Below, piece after piece: positions 1-8,634 of a stretch of 44,092 bases of DNA. Source of the stretch: an uncultured Clostridia bacterium (GTDB lineage: Bacteria > Bacillota > Clostridia > Christensenellales > UBA1242); contig CALVJT010000006.1 of assembly GCA_944332315.1 (NCBI GenBank), forward strand, positions 1-44,092. The letters run 5' to 3'. The stretch's first letter is position 1. Each line of letters begins with the position of its first letter. The position numbers and the translations under genes are program-made. Under the pieces are notes generated by a model. The model did no database searches, was not told the origin of the DNA, and saw only the letters and a program-made list of their open reading frames with translations.

Positions 1-1474
1 GTTTTTGAAAATATTGCATATAATGTCACCGCTTCTGCTGGCATCTGCAATGAACTCAAAGCGCTTTGTGCGTTGCTATCTGTGTTCCAGCCGACGAATA
101 TCCAACCATCCGACTTCGTCGCATAACGGTTTGTTGTACTCAAATCCACTGCTTCACCTTCACCCAATACAACAGTACTTTCGTACCCACTAGCACTACC
201 AAAAGTTCCGCCATTGGTTGTAGCATCGTAAGTTACATCATAGCCAGGATTAAACACTTTCAGTGTTGGATAATTGTTGCCTATGATTTCCCACGTATCA
301 GTAAAGCTCCAAGATGTACTTGATGACCATTCTATTTTTTTAAATTCTTCTTCATTTATTACTTTACTAGGCAAATCAGGATCTTGTATACCAGTACCTC
401 TATATGTAGACCCTGTTGTGTTGTATGTTTGATTATAGTATGAATTAGCTGAAGCACCCCAAGACCCAGCAGTGATTCCACCTATACGTGTCCCGACACC
501 TTCGGAAGTCGCCTCCAATCCATTCCCGCTTTCAAAAACACTAAAACAATCTATAGCTATTGATGTATCACTATCGGAAAATGCTACGCCTAAAATACCT
601 CCAGAATATGCTTCCGTAAAAGAACCCACGCCTTTAGACTCCACTTTGCCTATATGATAGCAATTTTTTATAGTGACATTACTACTTGCTCCACCAACAA
701 CACCACCTGCACAATTATAAGAGTCGCCATCTGATTGAGCACTCATAGTTCCGATATGATAACAATTAGTAACTGAAGATTCCCCACCAGTGAGCGTCTG
801 TAAGCTCCCAGCAATTCCTCCAATTAGCGCAAAGGAACCGTCAGTTGATATATCACCTAATGAATAACAACTATCAATCTTAACATCATATCCACCACCA
901 ATAATTCCACCAACATCAGCCTGATAATATGTTGATTTTAATCCATTTTCCCAAATAACGCATAAATTTTTAATAGTGGCATCTCGTGCAAAACCTATAA
1001 GCCCAGCATAAGATACATTTGTTATAGTTATTGCATTTTCAAATGTAATTTTATGCCCATTCCCATCAAATACTCCATAAAAATAATTACCTTCGTTGGG
1101 CCCCTTGCCAATTGTCGTCCAAGTACTCGAAGTTACTGGTATATCGTCAGTTAACAATACATAGACAGGATCTGTAGCCGTCCCCCATTTTGTATCATCA
1201 TTTGCAAATTCCAATAGCTCCGTTTCATTGCTTATTGTATAATTGGGGCTCTCTGCTGTGCCTATTGCCATTGCAACTTTGTTGTATGATGGGTTTGGCA
1301 AACTCAAATAAATCGAAAAAGCTAACACAACTGCCAAAAGCCACACTATTATGTTTAGTGTAGCTAGTTTAGAACTTTTGCTATTTAGTTTTGTAGCTTT
1401 GCTTGCGTTCTTTTTTATTGGGTTAGAACTAAATACCCCCCCCCCCCCCCTACTTTTTTACTAAAATTAAACAT
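1..1474 (-). CDS. Large surface protein (GLUG-motif region followed by InlB B-repeat/Listeria-Bacteroides-type repeat); 3' end outside window; start out of frame at a poly-G tract
   Basis: Manual translation; missing from the ORF track because there is no stop in the window. RBS AAGGAG then ATG at 1474 (MFNFSKKV+G15). No stop found in the long frame 1436->1 in the stretches translated: hydrophobic segment LNIIVWLLAVVLAFSIYLSL, GTAESPNYTISNETELLEFAN, FDGNGHKI, YAGLIGFARDATIKNL, DVGGII/LIGGIAG/AGGVVG motifs, then GWIFVGWNTD...MPAEAVTLYAIF. Confidence 0.85.
1436..1450 (-). repeat. G15 homopolymer (C15 on +) inside the 5' coding region
   Basis: 15 consecutive C at 1436-1450 in a very AT-rich context, starting 24 nt after the first base of the ATG. 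Confidence 0.97.
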
Positions 1475-1510
1475 ACTTTGTTCTCCTTTTTCGCTTGTAT
1501 TGTTATCTTT

Positions 1511-1540
1511 AGTATAGCACAAATTAAAAATATTTTGCAA
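1511..1540 (-). promoter_or_regulatory. sigmaA-type promoter for the surface protein gene
   Basis: TTGCAA-18-TATACT with extended -10 TG. Confidence 0.6.
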
Positions 1541-1649
1541 TTATTTTGGTTTGTTTATTAGCATATTTTGTAATTTTTTATTTATTGTTAAAAAAATTAT
1601 AATTTTTGTAAATATTTTATTAAACAAATATATTAAGTTAAATATAATA

Positions 1650-1678
1650 TTGACATTTTTGACATTTTGTGCTATACT
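1650..1678 (+). promoter_or_regulatory. sigmaA promoter
   Basis: TTGACA-17-TATACT, followed by RBS GAGG before ATG 1701. Confidence 0.8.
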
Positions 1679-1700
1679 AAAAACCTAAAAGAGGTTATTT

Positions 1701-2573
1701 ATGAACATCAATGAAAATTTAGAAAAAGAAAAAAGAGATATCCTTAAAGCCGAAGGGTTGCAAAATAAAGTTCGTTCGTCCGCTTGGGATAAGGTGGTAA
1801 AATCTAAAGTCGTGCACGTAAGAATAAAGCCTACAGATAGAGCTATTGAACTTACTAAAAAAATGCCTATGCTTTCTGGCTACTCAAACTATAAAGAAAA
1901 CCTTATTAGTATGCTAGATGAACCTAGCAAAGAACAAGAACTTGCAAATTTTTTTGTAAACTCTACTAATGATGAACTTAAGTTTTTCCTTTCGCAGATG
2001 GTAGAGGATGGCGGGACAAGTTGGTTTGTTTTTGACTACTGCTTTAAGCGCCCTAATTTACATTCGGCAATAAACACTATGATGGAACAACAGCAATACG
2101 ATAAAGTGAGGACAATGTTTGCTTTTGCTTTTGATGATATTTTGGAATTGCGCCTAACAAAGCACACACATCCAAACTCATTTTCTGCTTATGCCGAAAA
2201 TCGTTGCGGGCAAGAAATATCATCATTCTTAGATACATATCTAAATCAAAACGCAATTATTTTTAATGATTATTTGACAAATGTACAAAACGAGTGTATG
2301 GACTACAAAACTCCAAAAGAATTTTTTGATGAAATTGCTACTTACAATGATGTAAAGCAATACGATTATGACAACTTAATCAGCACTCCCAACACTCTTT
2401 TTAAGGCATATCTATTATTCAAAAAACTAAATGAGCGCAAAGTTTGGGATACTGATATTATGCTATCTATAAACGAGTTTATTGAAAGAGATAAAAAACG
2501 CGCTATGTACGACGATTTTGATAACACTAAAATTAGCGAAGTGCAGAGACTTTATGACGAAATTATTAGATAA
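1701..2573 (+). CDS. Hypothetical soluble protein (290 aa)
   Basis: Long ORF with its own promoter, RBS and terminator; no motif recognised. Confidence 0.8.
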   Translation: MNINENLEKEKRDILKAEGLQNKVRSSAWDKVVKSKVVHVRIKPTDRAIELTKKMPMLSGYSNYKENLISMLDEPSKEQELANFFVNSTNDELKFFLSQMVEDGGTSWFVFDYCFKRPNLHSAINTMMEQQQYDKVRTMFAFAFDDILELRLTKHTHPNSFSAYAENRCGQEISSFLDTYLNQNAIIFNDYLTNVQNECMDYKTPKEFFDEIATYNDVKQYDYDNLISTPNTLFKAYLLFKKLNERKVWDTDIMLSINEFIERDKKRAMYDDFDNTKISEVQRLYDEIIR

Positions 2574-2592
2574 AGTGCGTAGCACTTTTTTT
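2572..2592 (+). terminator. Rho-independent terminator
   Basis: AAAGTGC-gta-GCACTTT followed by a T-run. Confidence 0.7.
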
Positions 2593-2630
2593 GTTTTAAT
2601 AGTACCTTATTTTAATATATGATTTATTTA

Positions 2631-2710
2631 ATTCTATAATATTCGTGGGGGGTATAGCAGAAAGACTTAGCAAAGGTTTGAATCTAGAGCTCACTATACC
2701 ATCATTAATT
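2631..2710 (+). repeat. Palindromic intergenic element, copy A (REP/MITE-like)
   Basis: Alignable with the reverse complement of 6903-6999; 20-nt exact match TTCTATAATATTCGTGGGGG; internal inverted repeat GGTATAG...CTATACC. Confidence 0.7.
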
Positions 2711-2857
2711 TTTACTAGCCGTTTATTTTACTCCACGACAAAAATCACTCACTCTATTTTTCATAGATAGTAAAATTTTATGCTTTATAATTCTATTATT
2801 TTGGGCAAACTATCGCCCCAATTCCACACTTATTTGATAAAAATTTGCGCTATAATG

Positions 2858-2886
2858 TTGACAAATCTTACCGCGTTTGATATATT
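2858..2886 (+). promoter_or_regulatory. sigmaA promoter
   Basis: TTGACA-17-TATATT upstream of ATG 2906. Confidence 0.65.
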
Positions 2887-2905
2887 ATAATATTATAGGT
2901 GTTGT

Positions 2906-4699
2906 ATGACAAACAAAAAGTTAAAGTTAAAAAGACAAAAAAAAGACATTAAAAGAAGTTCTCAAATAAATTCTTTGAATAGCAAAAACTCTCAATTAGA
3001 TACGAATTTAAGTAAAAACGAACCGCAAAATGTCCCTACTCCACAAAGCAACACCAATCTAGATACAAACACTATAGTTAATTCGATAGACCCCCAAATA
3101 GATAATGCACAAATAGACGATATAGCTAAAACTAATACAGAACATCCTTTGCATTTACCTATCAGTAATTTTCAAAAAGATGAAACTAGCAATAATTTGC
3201 AACTAGGTAGCAAAAATAGCGGTACTTTGCAAAATTCTAATGAAATATTGCCACGACACATCAGCCCACCACAAGAAGCTTTGCAAGAGCACAGTGATAT
3301 TCAGGCTTTACAAAACGCGGGAAATAGTGATACGCCAACAATTAATAATGCAGACTATAAACACTCCACTCACCTATATATATATAGCCTTATAAAAAGT
3401 GCCAAATCACCCGTTATATATAAATCGAATAAACAATTAAAAGGTTCGCACGAAAAAAATAAATTTAAGCTAAATGGTAAACTTATTTATAATGACGAAC
3501 TTTTTACCACTTGCACTAGTCCCGAGGACTGCAAAAGGCAAATTAAAATTGCCGAGAGCATTGCAGACGAAGCAGAGGAAAGAGCAAAAAAACAAAAATC
3601 TAAACGCAGTAAAATGTGGAGCCTATTTTTTCTTATCCTCAATATTGTAATTATAGTTGTAGCCGTTATAATATCTGCCTCACAAGAGGAAGGTATGGTA
3701 TCTATAGGAGGGATGTTTTCGGTTGCAAACTTTTGGTATCTGCTTGCAGCCTTAGTAGCTTTTATTTGCCTAATGGGATTTGAGGGCTTACGCTATTATA
3801 TTTTAATATGGCGCTCCACACGACATTCGCGACCATTTTTAAGCTACAAGGTGGCAGCAATTGGTAGATACTACGATAATATCACGCCCCTTTCCTCTGG
3901 CGGGCAACCCATGCAAATCTACTACCTAAAAAAACGCGGTATTAAGGCTAGCACTGCCTCCACTATGCCGTTTGCGGTATATGTATTTAATCAACTAATA
4001 ACACTGATAATTTCAATTTGCGTTCTAATTTTTAGCGAAAAGATTGCTGGGGGGCTATCCACGGCTGTGTTCACTGCAGCGGTGATTGGTGTTATTATAA
4101 ACACCTGTATGATGTTGTTTGTATTTGTGCTTTCGTTTAGTAAAAAAGTGGGACCCGTTCTTACTATTTGGGTACTAAAGCTACTTTACAAAATGCACAT
4201 TATTAAAGATTATACTGCTGTGTTTAGAAAGGTTATGAGATTTGTAAGTGAGTATCAAAAGACATTTAGATACTTCGTTTCAAACTTCAAAACATCAATA
4301 ATGCTTATTGGCTCCACCTTGCTTGTAATTTTGACAAAATTCCTTATTCCAGCCTTTGTGGTGTGTATGTTTAATAAAGATGGATTTACGTGGGAAGTTT
4401 ATAGTGCGGTATTTATTTGGTGCGTACTAATTGAATCAGTTCTTTCGTACATTCCGTGGCCGGGAGCGGGCGGTGTTGCCGAAGTGACCTACACTACAAT
4501 GTTTGCGTACTTTTCGCTCTCAACGGGTACCACAATTTGGGCAATGCTTATATACAGACTATTTCAATACTACTTTTTCCTATTGCAAGGCTTAGGCGTA
4601 CTTTGCTATGATTTCTTTGTAGGCAATAAAAAAATAGAAAAGGTGAACGCACATTTTAAGAGAATTGATGAGCAACGCAAACTGCAAAAAAAGAACTGA
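2906..4699 (+). CDS. Lysylphosphatidylglycerol synthase TM-region (UPF0104/flippase-like) membrane protein with long hydrophilic N-terminal extension
   Basis: Motifs GRYYDNITPLSSGGQPMQIYYL, IPWPGAGGVAE and IYRLFQYY; multiple hydrophobic helices after about aa 235. Confidence 0.85.
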   Translation: MTNKKLKLKRQKKDIKRSSQINSLNSKNSQLDTNLSKNEPQNVPTPQSNTNLDTNTIVNSIDPQIDNAQIDDIAKTNTEHPLHLPISNFQKDETSNNLQLGSKNSGTLQNSNEILPRHISPPQEALQEHSDIQALQNAGNSDTPTINNADYKHSTHLYIYSLIKSAKSPVIYKSNKQLKGSHEKNKFKLNGKLIYNDELFTTCTSPEDCKRQIKIAESIADEAEERAKKQKSKRSKMWSLFFLILNIVIIVVAVIISASQEEGMVSIGGMFSVANFWYLLAALVAFICLMGFEGLRYYILIWRSTRHSRPFLSYKVAAIGRYYDNITPLSSGGQPMQIYYLKKRGIKASTASTMPFAVYVFNQLITLIISICVLIFSEKIAGGLSTAVFTAAVIGVIINTCMMLFVFVLSFSKKVGPVLTIWVLKLLYKMHIIKDYTAVFRKVMRFVSEYQKTFRYFVSNFKTSIMLIGSTLLVILTKFLIPAFVVCMFNKDGFTWEVYSAVFIWCVLIESVLSYIPWPGAGGVAEVTYTTMFAYFSLSTGTTIWAMLIYRLFQYYFFLLQGLGVLCYDFFVGNKKIEKVNAHFKRIDEQRKLQKKN

Positions 4700-4785
4700 T
4701 ATCAATGCAAGCGTATAAAAATTAAAAACTCATAATATAATTTATAAATAACATAAACACACAAGTTGAAATAAATCAAACAAAC

Positions 4786-4824
4786 TAAAAAATACTATAA
4801 AGAAAGTCCTTTATAGTATTTTTA
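4786..4824. terminator. Bidirectional terminator between convergent genes
   Basis: AAAATACTATAAAG ... CTTTATAGTATTTT inverted repeat. Confidence 0.75.
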
Positions 4825-4887
4825 TATTTTAAGTACATGATTAAAAATATATAACAAACATATCGTTGTTTTAATAGCAAGCACTTT

Positions 4888-5655
4888 CTATGCAGTCAGA
4901 GCGCGCCCAAACAAAGTGGATACTGTAACAGTATTCAAATCTCTTGCCTTATTAAGTTCACTTGCGTATCCGCTGGCAATCTCAGACTGTGTGCTACCCT
5001 GATTTATTGCAGAATCGCTTTTTAATGAATAAATTTTAGCATTTGCAAATACAAAAACTTCGCTAGCATAATCTTCCTCGCCTCTTTCAAAGTAAATATT
5101 TTCGAGTTTTTCATCATCAAAGTTATACTTTATAGCCATACGTGTTATTATATAGCCTATATCTGCGTTATATTCGCCAGCGGTTGAAGTTGATATTTGA
5201 TAAAATGTTACATAATTATCATTAACTTCCACCTTCATTAAATGTGTGCCAATATTTTCGCCCATAACATATTGCTTATATGTTTGGTTAGGTGTCATAT
5301 AATTATCTAGTAGCATTGAAAGTGCTATATTTATAGTTGTCGATAAATATTTAGTTGTATCATAGTTTTGTACTGTCTTTTCCTCAAAATCTACCGAATT
5401 AATGCTGTATCCTGTTAACCCTTGGTAGCCCGTCATAGCAAGATTACTGGTGCCTATATCAGCAGTATTATTTTCGTCATAACCATTTGCCACGCGATAA
5501 GCATCGGATAAAGCTATTACCGCTTTGTTCCTTGCGTTTAATTGGGTACTCCTATTTGTAGAATCGCACCCCACAAACAAAAAGGCAACAACTAAAATCA
5601 TTAGTAAACTAAAAGAAACTAAAATGCCCTTGCTAGTTCTACTCTGTATTTTCAT
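4888..5655 (-). CDS. Putative lipoprotein
   Basis: Basic N-terminus, hydrophobic stretch, lipobox-like FVG-C; RBS GGGAGG; promoter TTGACT-17-TATAAT at 5706-5678. Confidence 0.75.
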   Translation of the reverse strand: MKIQSRTSKGILVSFSLLMILVVAFLFVGCDSTNRSTQLNARNKAVIALSDAYRVANGYDENNTADIGTSNLAMTGYQGLTGYSINSVDFEEKTVQNYDTTKYLSTTINIALSMLLDNYMTPNQTYKQYVMGENIGTHLMKVEVNDNYVTFYQISTSTAGEYNADIGYIITRMAIKYNFDDEKLENIYFERGEEDYASEVFVFANAKIYSLKSDSAINQGSTQSEIASGYASELNKARDLNTVTVSTLFGRALTA

Positions 5656-6126
5656 AATTCCTCCCTATAATAAAGTTATTATAACATAATGTAAAAGCAA
5701 AGTCAAGCATAAGTTGCGTTTATTATTTACCATGCGTTATTGCGTTTGTATTTAATGTAAATTGATAATTTTATATACAAATAAATGGGCAGTAAAATAA
5801 AATATTGCCGAAAAATAAAATCTTTAAATAAAACAATACTCTTTTGATTGACTTAGTTAATAATAATTGATAAACTATTGTATATTATATAGAGCAAATT
5901 GTGTGATAATTGTAACGTGATAGTTTGCTTTGAGCAATAGGTTTATTTATTTTTGTTTATTTTTTATTAAACTATAAGAATTTAATAATTGCGATTTTTT
6001 AATCTAAGTAAAATGAAGGCAATAAAAATAAATTATGATTATTCCATAATAAAGATTAAAAAACAGTATTCCACAAACATTGAATAAAAAGCCAATTTTT
6101 TAATATAATATTTTAGGAGAAAAATT

Positions 6127-6840
6127 TTGTTATTATATATTTTATTGGGAGTGATGATTATCCCTGGAATTATTTTGGGTATTTACGCCCAAAACAAGGT
6201 TACAAAAACTTATAAGATTTATAGTCAGGTGGAATCGGAGGGTGGACTTACGGCTAGCCAACTTGCTAGAACTGTACTCGACAACGCGGGACTACAAGAT
6301 ATTGAATTGAGGCGCGAAAAAGGCTTTTTGACCGACCACTATCATCCTAAAAAAAAGTATATTGCTCTTTCCGAGGATGTGTACGATTCAAAATCGGTTG
6401 CTGCACTGGGTGTAGCTATGCACGAGGTTGGGCACGCCATTCAAAAAAAGGAAAAATACTTTTTCTTGGGTTTTAGACAAGTGCTTGTACCAGTCACAAA
6501 CTTCGCTTCAACCCTACTATGGCCATTAATTATTATAGGATTTTTGCTAGGAGCTTTTTCTGCAACTGGTAGCCCTATTGGCGAAATTTTTGTATGGGCG
6601 GGCATAGGGTTTTATGGCATAACAGTACTATTAAATCTTATTACCTTGCCTGTGGAGTTTGATGCCTCGAACAGGGCGCTAAAGATGCTAGAAGGCGGAA
6701 ACTTTTTAACTGAAACTGAGCTTTATGGTGCTAAAAAAGTTTTAGGCGCGGCAGCACTTACTTATGTGGCAACTTTTGTTGTGGCAGTACTTGAACTTTT
6801 GAGATTTATCTTATTCATTTTCCTTTCGCGCAATAATTGA
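6127..6840 (+). CDS. Membrane-associated neutral zinc metallopeptidase (YugP/Zn_peptidase_2 family)
   Basis: LTDHYHP, HEVGHAIQ, LITLPVEFDASNRA and AAALTYV motifs; TTG start with RBS AGGAG. Confidence 0.92.
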   Translation: MLLYILLGVMIIPGIILGIYAQNKVTKTYKIYSQVESEGGLTASQLARTVLDNAGLQDIELRREKGFLTDHYHPKKKYIALSEDVYDSKSVAALGVAMHEVGHAIQKKEKYFFLGFRQVLVPVTNFASTLLWPLIIIGFLLGAFSATGSPIGEIFVWAGIGFYGITVLLNLITLPVEFDASNRALKMLEGGNFLTETELYGAKKVLGAAALTYVATFVVAVLELLRFILFIFLSRNN

Positions 6841-6902
6841 GGAAAATACTAAATACAAAAATATTAATAAGTTAAATTATAATAAGTTAATGAAATTTTT
6901 GG

Positions 6903-6999
6903 GTTCTTTATCATTTATGGGGGTATAGTAGTTATAGAATCGAATTTTAACGAAGTCTTTTTGATAAATATTTAACTACCCCCACGAATATTATAGAAC
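6903..6999 (-). repeat. Palindromic intergenic element, copy B (REP/MITE-like)
   Basis: Imperfect terminal inverted repeats GTTCTTTATCATTTATGGGGGTA / TACCCCCACGAATATTATAGAAC; homologous to 2631-2710. Confidence 0.7.
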
Positions 7000-7026
7000 T
7001 TATTTTTTATGATTTAATAAATTTAT

Positions 7027-7066
7027 AAAAAAGCTCTTGCACAACCATTGCAAGGGCTTCTTTATT
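7027..7066. terminator. Terminator between convergent peptidase and methyltransferase genes
   Basis: AAGCTCTTGCA-caaccat-TGCAAGGGCTT flanked by A- and T-rich runs. Confidence 0.7.
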
Positions 7067-7312
7067 TGTTTGCAAAAAGTATTTTGTTTACTATGCTTAA
7101 AAATTATTGCGGTATAAGAGCAATATTTTAGCATTATGCCATCAATATTTGCACAAAGATAGTTTTATTTTTTCTAACAAATAAGAATAATCACCAAAAA
7201 TACGATTTTTATGATTTTATAAAACTACATTTACCGCAAGATTTCAATATATAATATGATGTTAACAGTATAAAATAAATTGCTTAAATGTTGCAAGCCT
7301 ATGTAATCCATC

Positions 7313-8239
7313 CTATTGAGGTACGGTTATTAAAACAATTTCGGTTGGGTAGAGTTTGCCCCCATAATAGCGCAAATACATTTTATAATTCGGCGAAATT
7401 TTATGTATTAATTGTGGAAGTTCCCACAAATGCACATTATTGTGATATACCGAAACAAACAATGTTGGGGTATCGTTTTTTATATGATTTTTGGCCCCTA
7501 TAATGGCAGAGGGTTCATCCCCTTCAATATCCATTTTTAGCATAGTAATTTTTTCTTTTATATCGTCATCTAGTGTCACACAATCAATGTCCCCACCCTT
7601 TTGTGTGCGATTAGATGAAGCATCGTTTGCGTTAGCTAGCAAACTTATTTTGCCTTTTTTATCTTTTACGGCTTTTTGTTTGCATTGTACATTTGCCAAA
7701 TTTTTTGTGTTTTGCTTTAGGTAGGCAAAAATTGATGGGGTAATTTCGTACGCGTATATATTGTTATAACAATTTACTCCATAACAATCGATAAAATCTA
7801 GTATGGTATCACCCGTGTACGCTCCTAAATCAACAAATACTTCGTTTTCGCATTTTGGCACCAAATCGAGGTCAAAGTAGTGCTTAAATTTTTTGTTGAT
7901 GCATTTTTCTAGTTCAGCAGTGCTATAAAACACCCAATTGTTTAGTATGCCAAGCAACACTTGTTTAGATGTATAATCACTTAGTTTTTTGTACAACCAT
8001 TCTATTTTTTGCAAATTATTAAAAATATCTCTAGCTTTTAACTCAAAGTACTCATAATTATGATGTTCTAAATCAATTTTACCCCAAAAATTAAATTTAT
8101 CAAAGTAATTTTTGTATATTGACTGCAATTCAATAGGTAAAATCTTATAAACGCTTAATATATGTTCGAACAACCCTTTTTGTCCTTTGCTTTTGATAAA
8201 GTTTAGTGTCTGCTCAAAATTATTATCTATATAATTCAT
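7313..8239 (-). CDS. FkbM-family SAM-dependent methyltransferase
   Basis: FVDLGAYTGDT, IYAYE, LKMDIEGDE and SVYH motifs. Confidence 0.92.
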   Translation of the reverse strand: MNYIDNNFEQTLNFIKSKGQKGLFEHILSVYKILPIELQSIYKNYFDKFNFWGKIDLEHHNYEYFELKARDIFNNLQKIEWLYKKLSDYTSKQVLLGILNNWVFYSTAELEKCINKKFKHYFDLDLVPKCENEVFVDLGAYTGDTILDFIDCYGVNCYNNIYAYEITPSIFAYLKQNTKNLANVQCKQKAVKDKKGKISLLANANDASSNRTQKGGDIDCVTLDDDIKEKITMLKMDIEGDEPSAIIGAKNHIKNDTPTLFVSVYHNNVHLWELPQLIHKISPNYKMYLRYYGGKLYPTEIVLITVPQ

Positions 8240-8460
8240 AAAAACCTCAAAGTATTATATTACTAGCAAATAATATAAGTCACACACATTTTTATATAAT
8301 TTAATTGTTGATATAAGTTTACAAATAAATAATTGACTTCAAATACCTATAAAACTTTTAGATTCTTTATTATTAACAGAGATTATAGAAATTATAAATT
8401 CACATTTTTGTTAAATAATATCTAAATTTTAATTATTCCAAACATTATAGACCCAACTTA

Positions 8461-8494
8461 AAAAATCTACTTATGCTAGCATAAGTAGACTTTT
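8461..8494 (-). terminator. Perfect 24-bp palindrome; probable terminator of the ABC operon or a protein-binding site
   Basis: TCTACTTATGCTAGCATAAGTAGA (8466-8489) is its own reverse complement; A-run on the left, TTTT on the right. Confidence 0.6.
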
Positions 8495-8634
8495 AGTATA
8501 AAAAATCAACAAACCATTTACATCAATCCTCGCTTATAAACGCACTCAAAATAGCACCGACCTCCCTAGGGCAAGAGCAAATGCCTTTGACATGGGGTTG
8601 TGGGGAAGTGGCAACTACACAGACAAGAACAAAA

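Noticed and set aside
5-657. Short plus-strand ORFs (5-193, 66-323, 472-657)
   Set aside because: Antisense shadows of the long minus-strand surface-protein frame; no RBS or motifs.
2631-6999. Site-specific invertible (shufflon-like) segment bounded by 20-bp inverted repeats
   Set aside because: No recombinase in the window, and the repeats are parts of two longer diverged palindromic elements; kept only as a repeat family.
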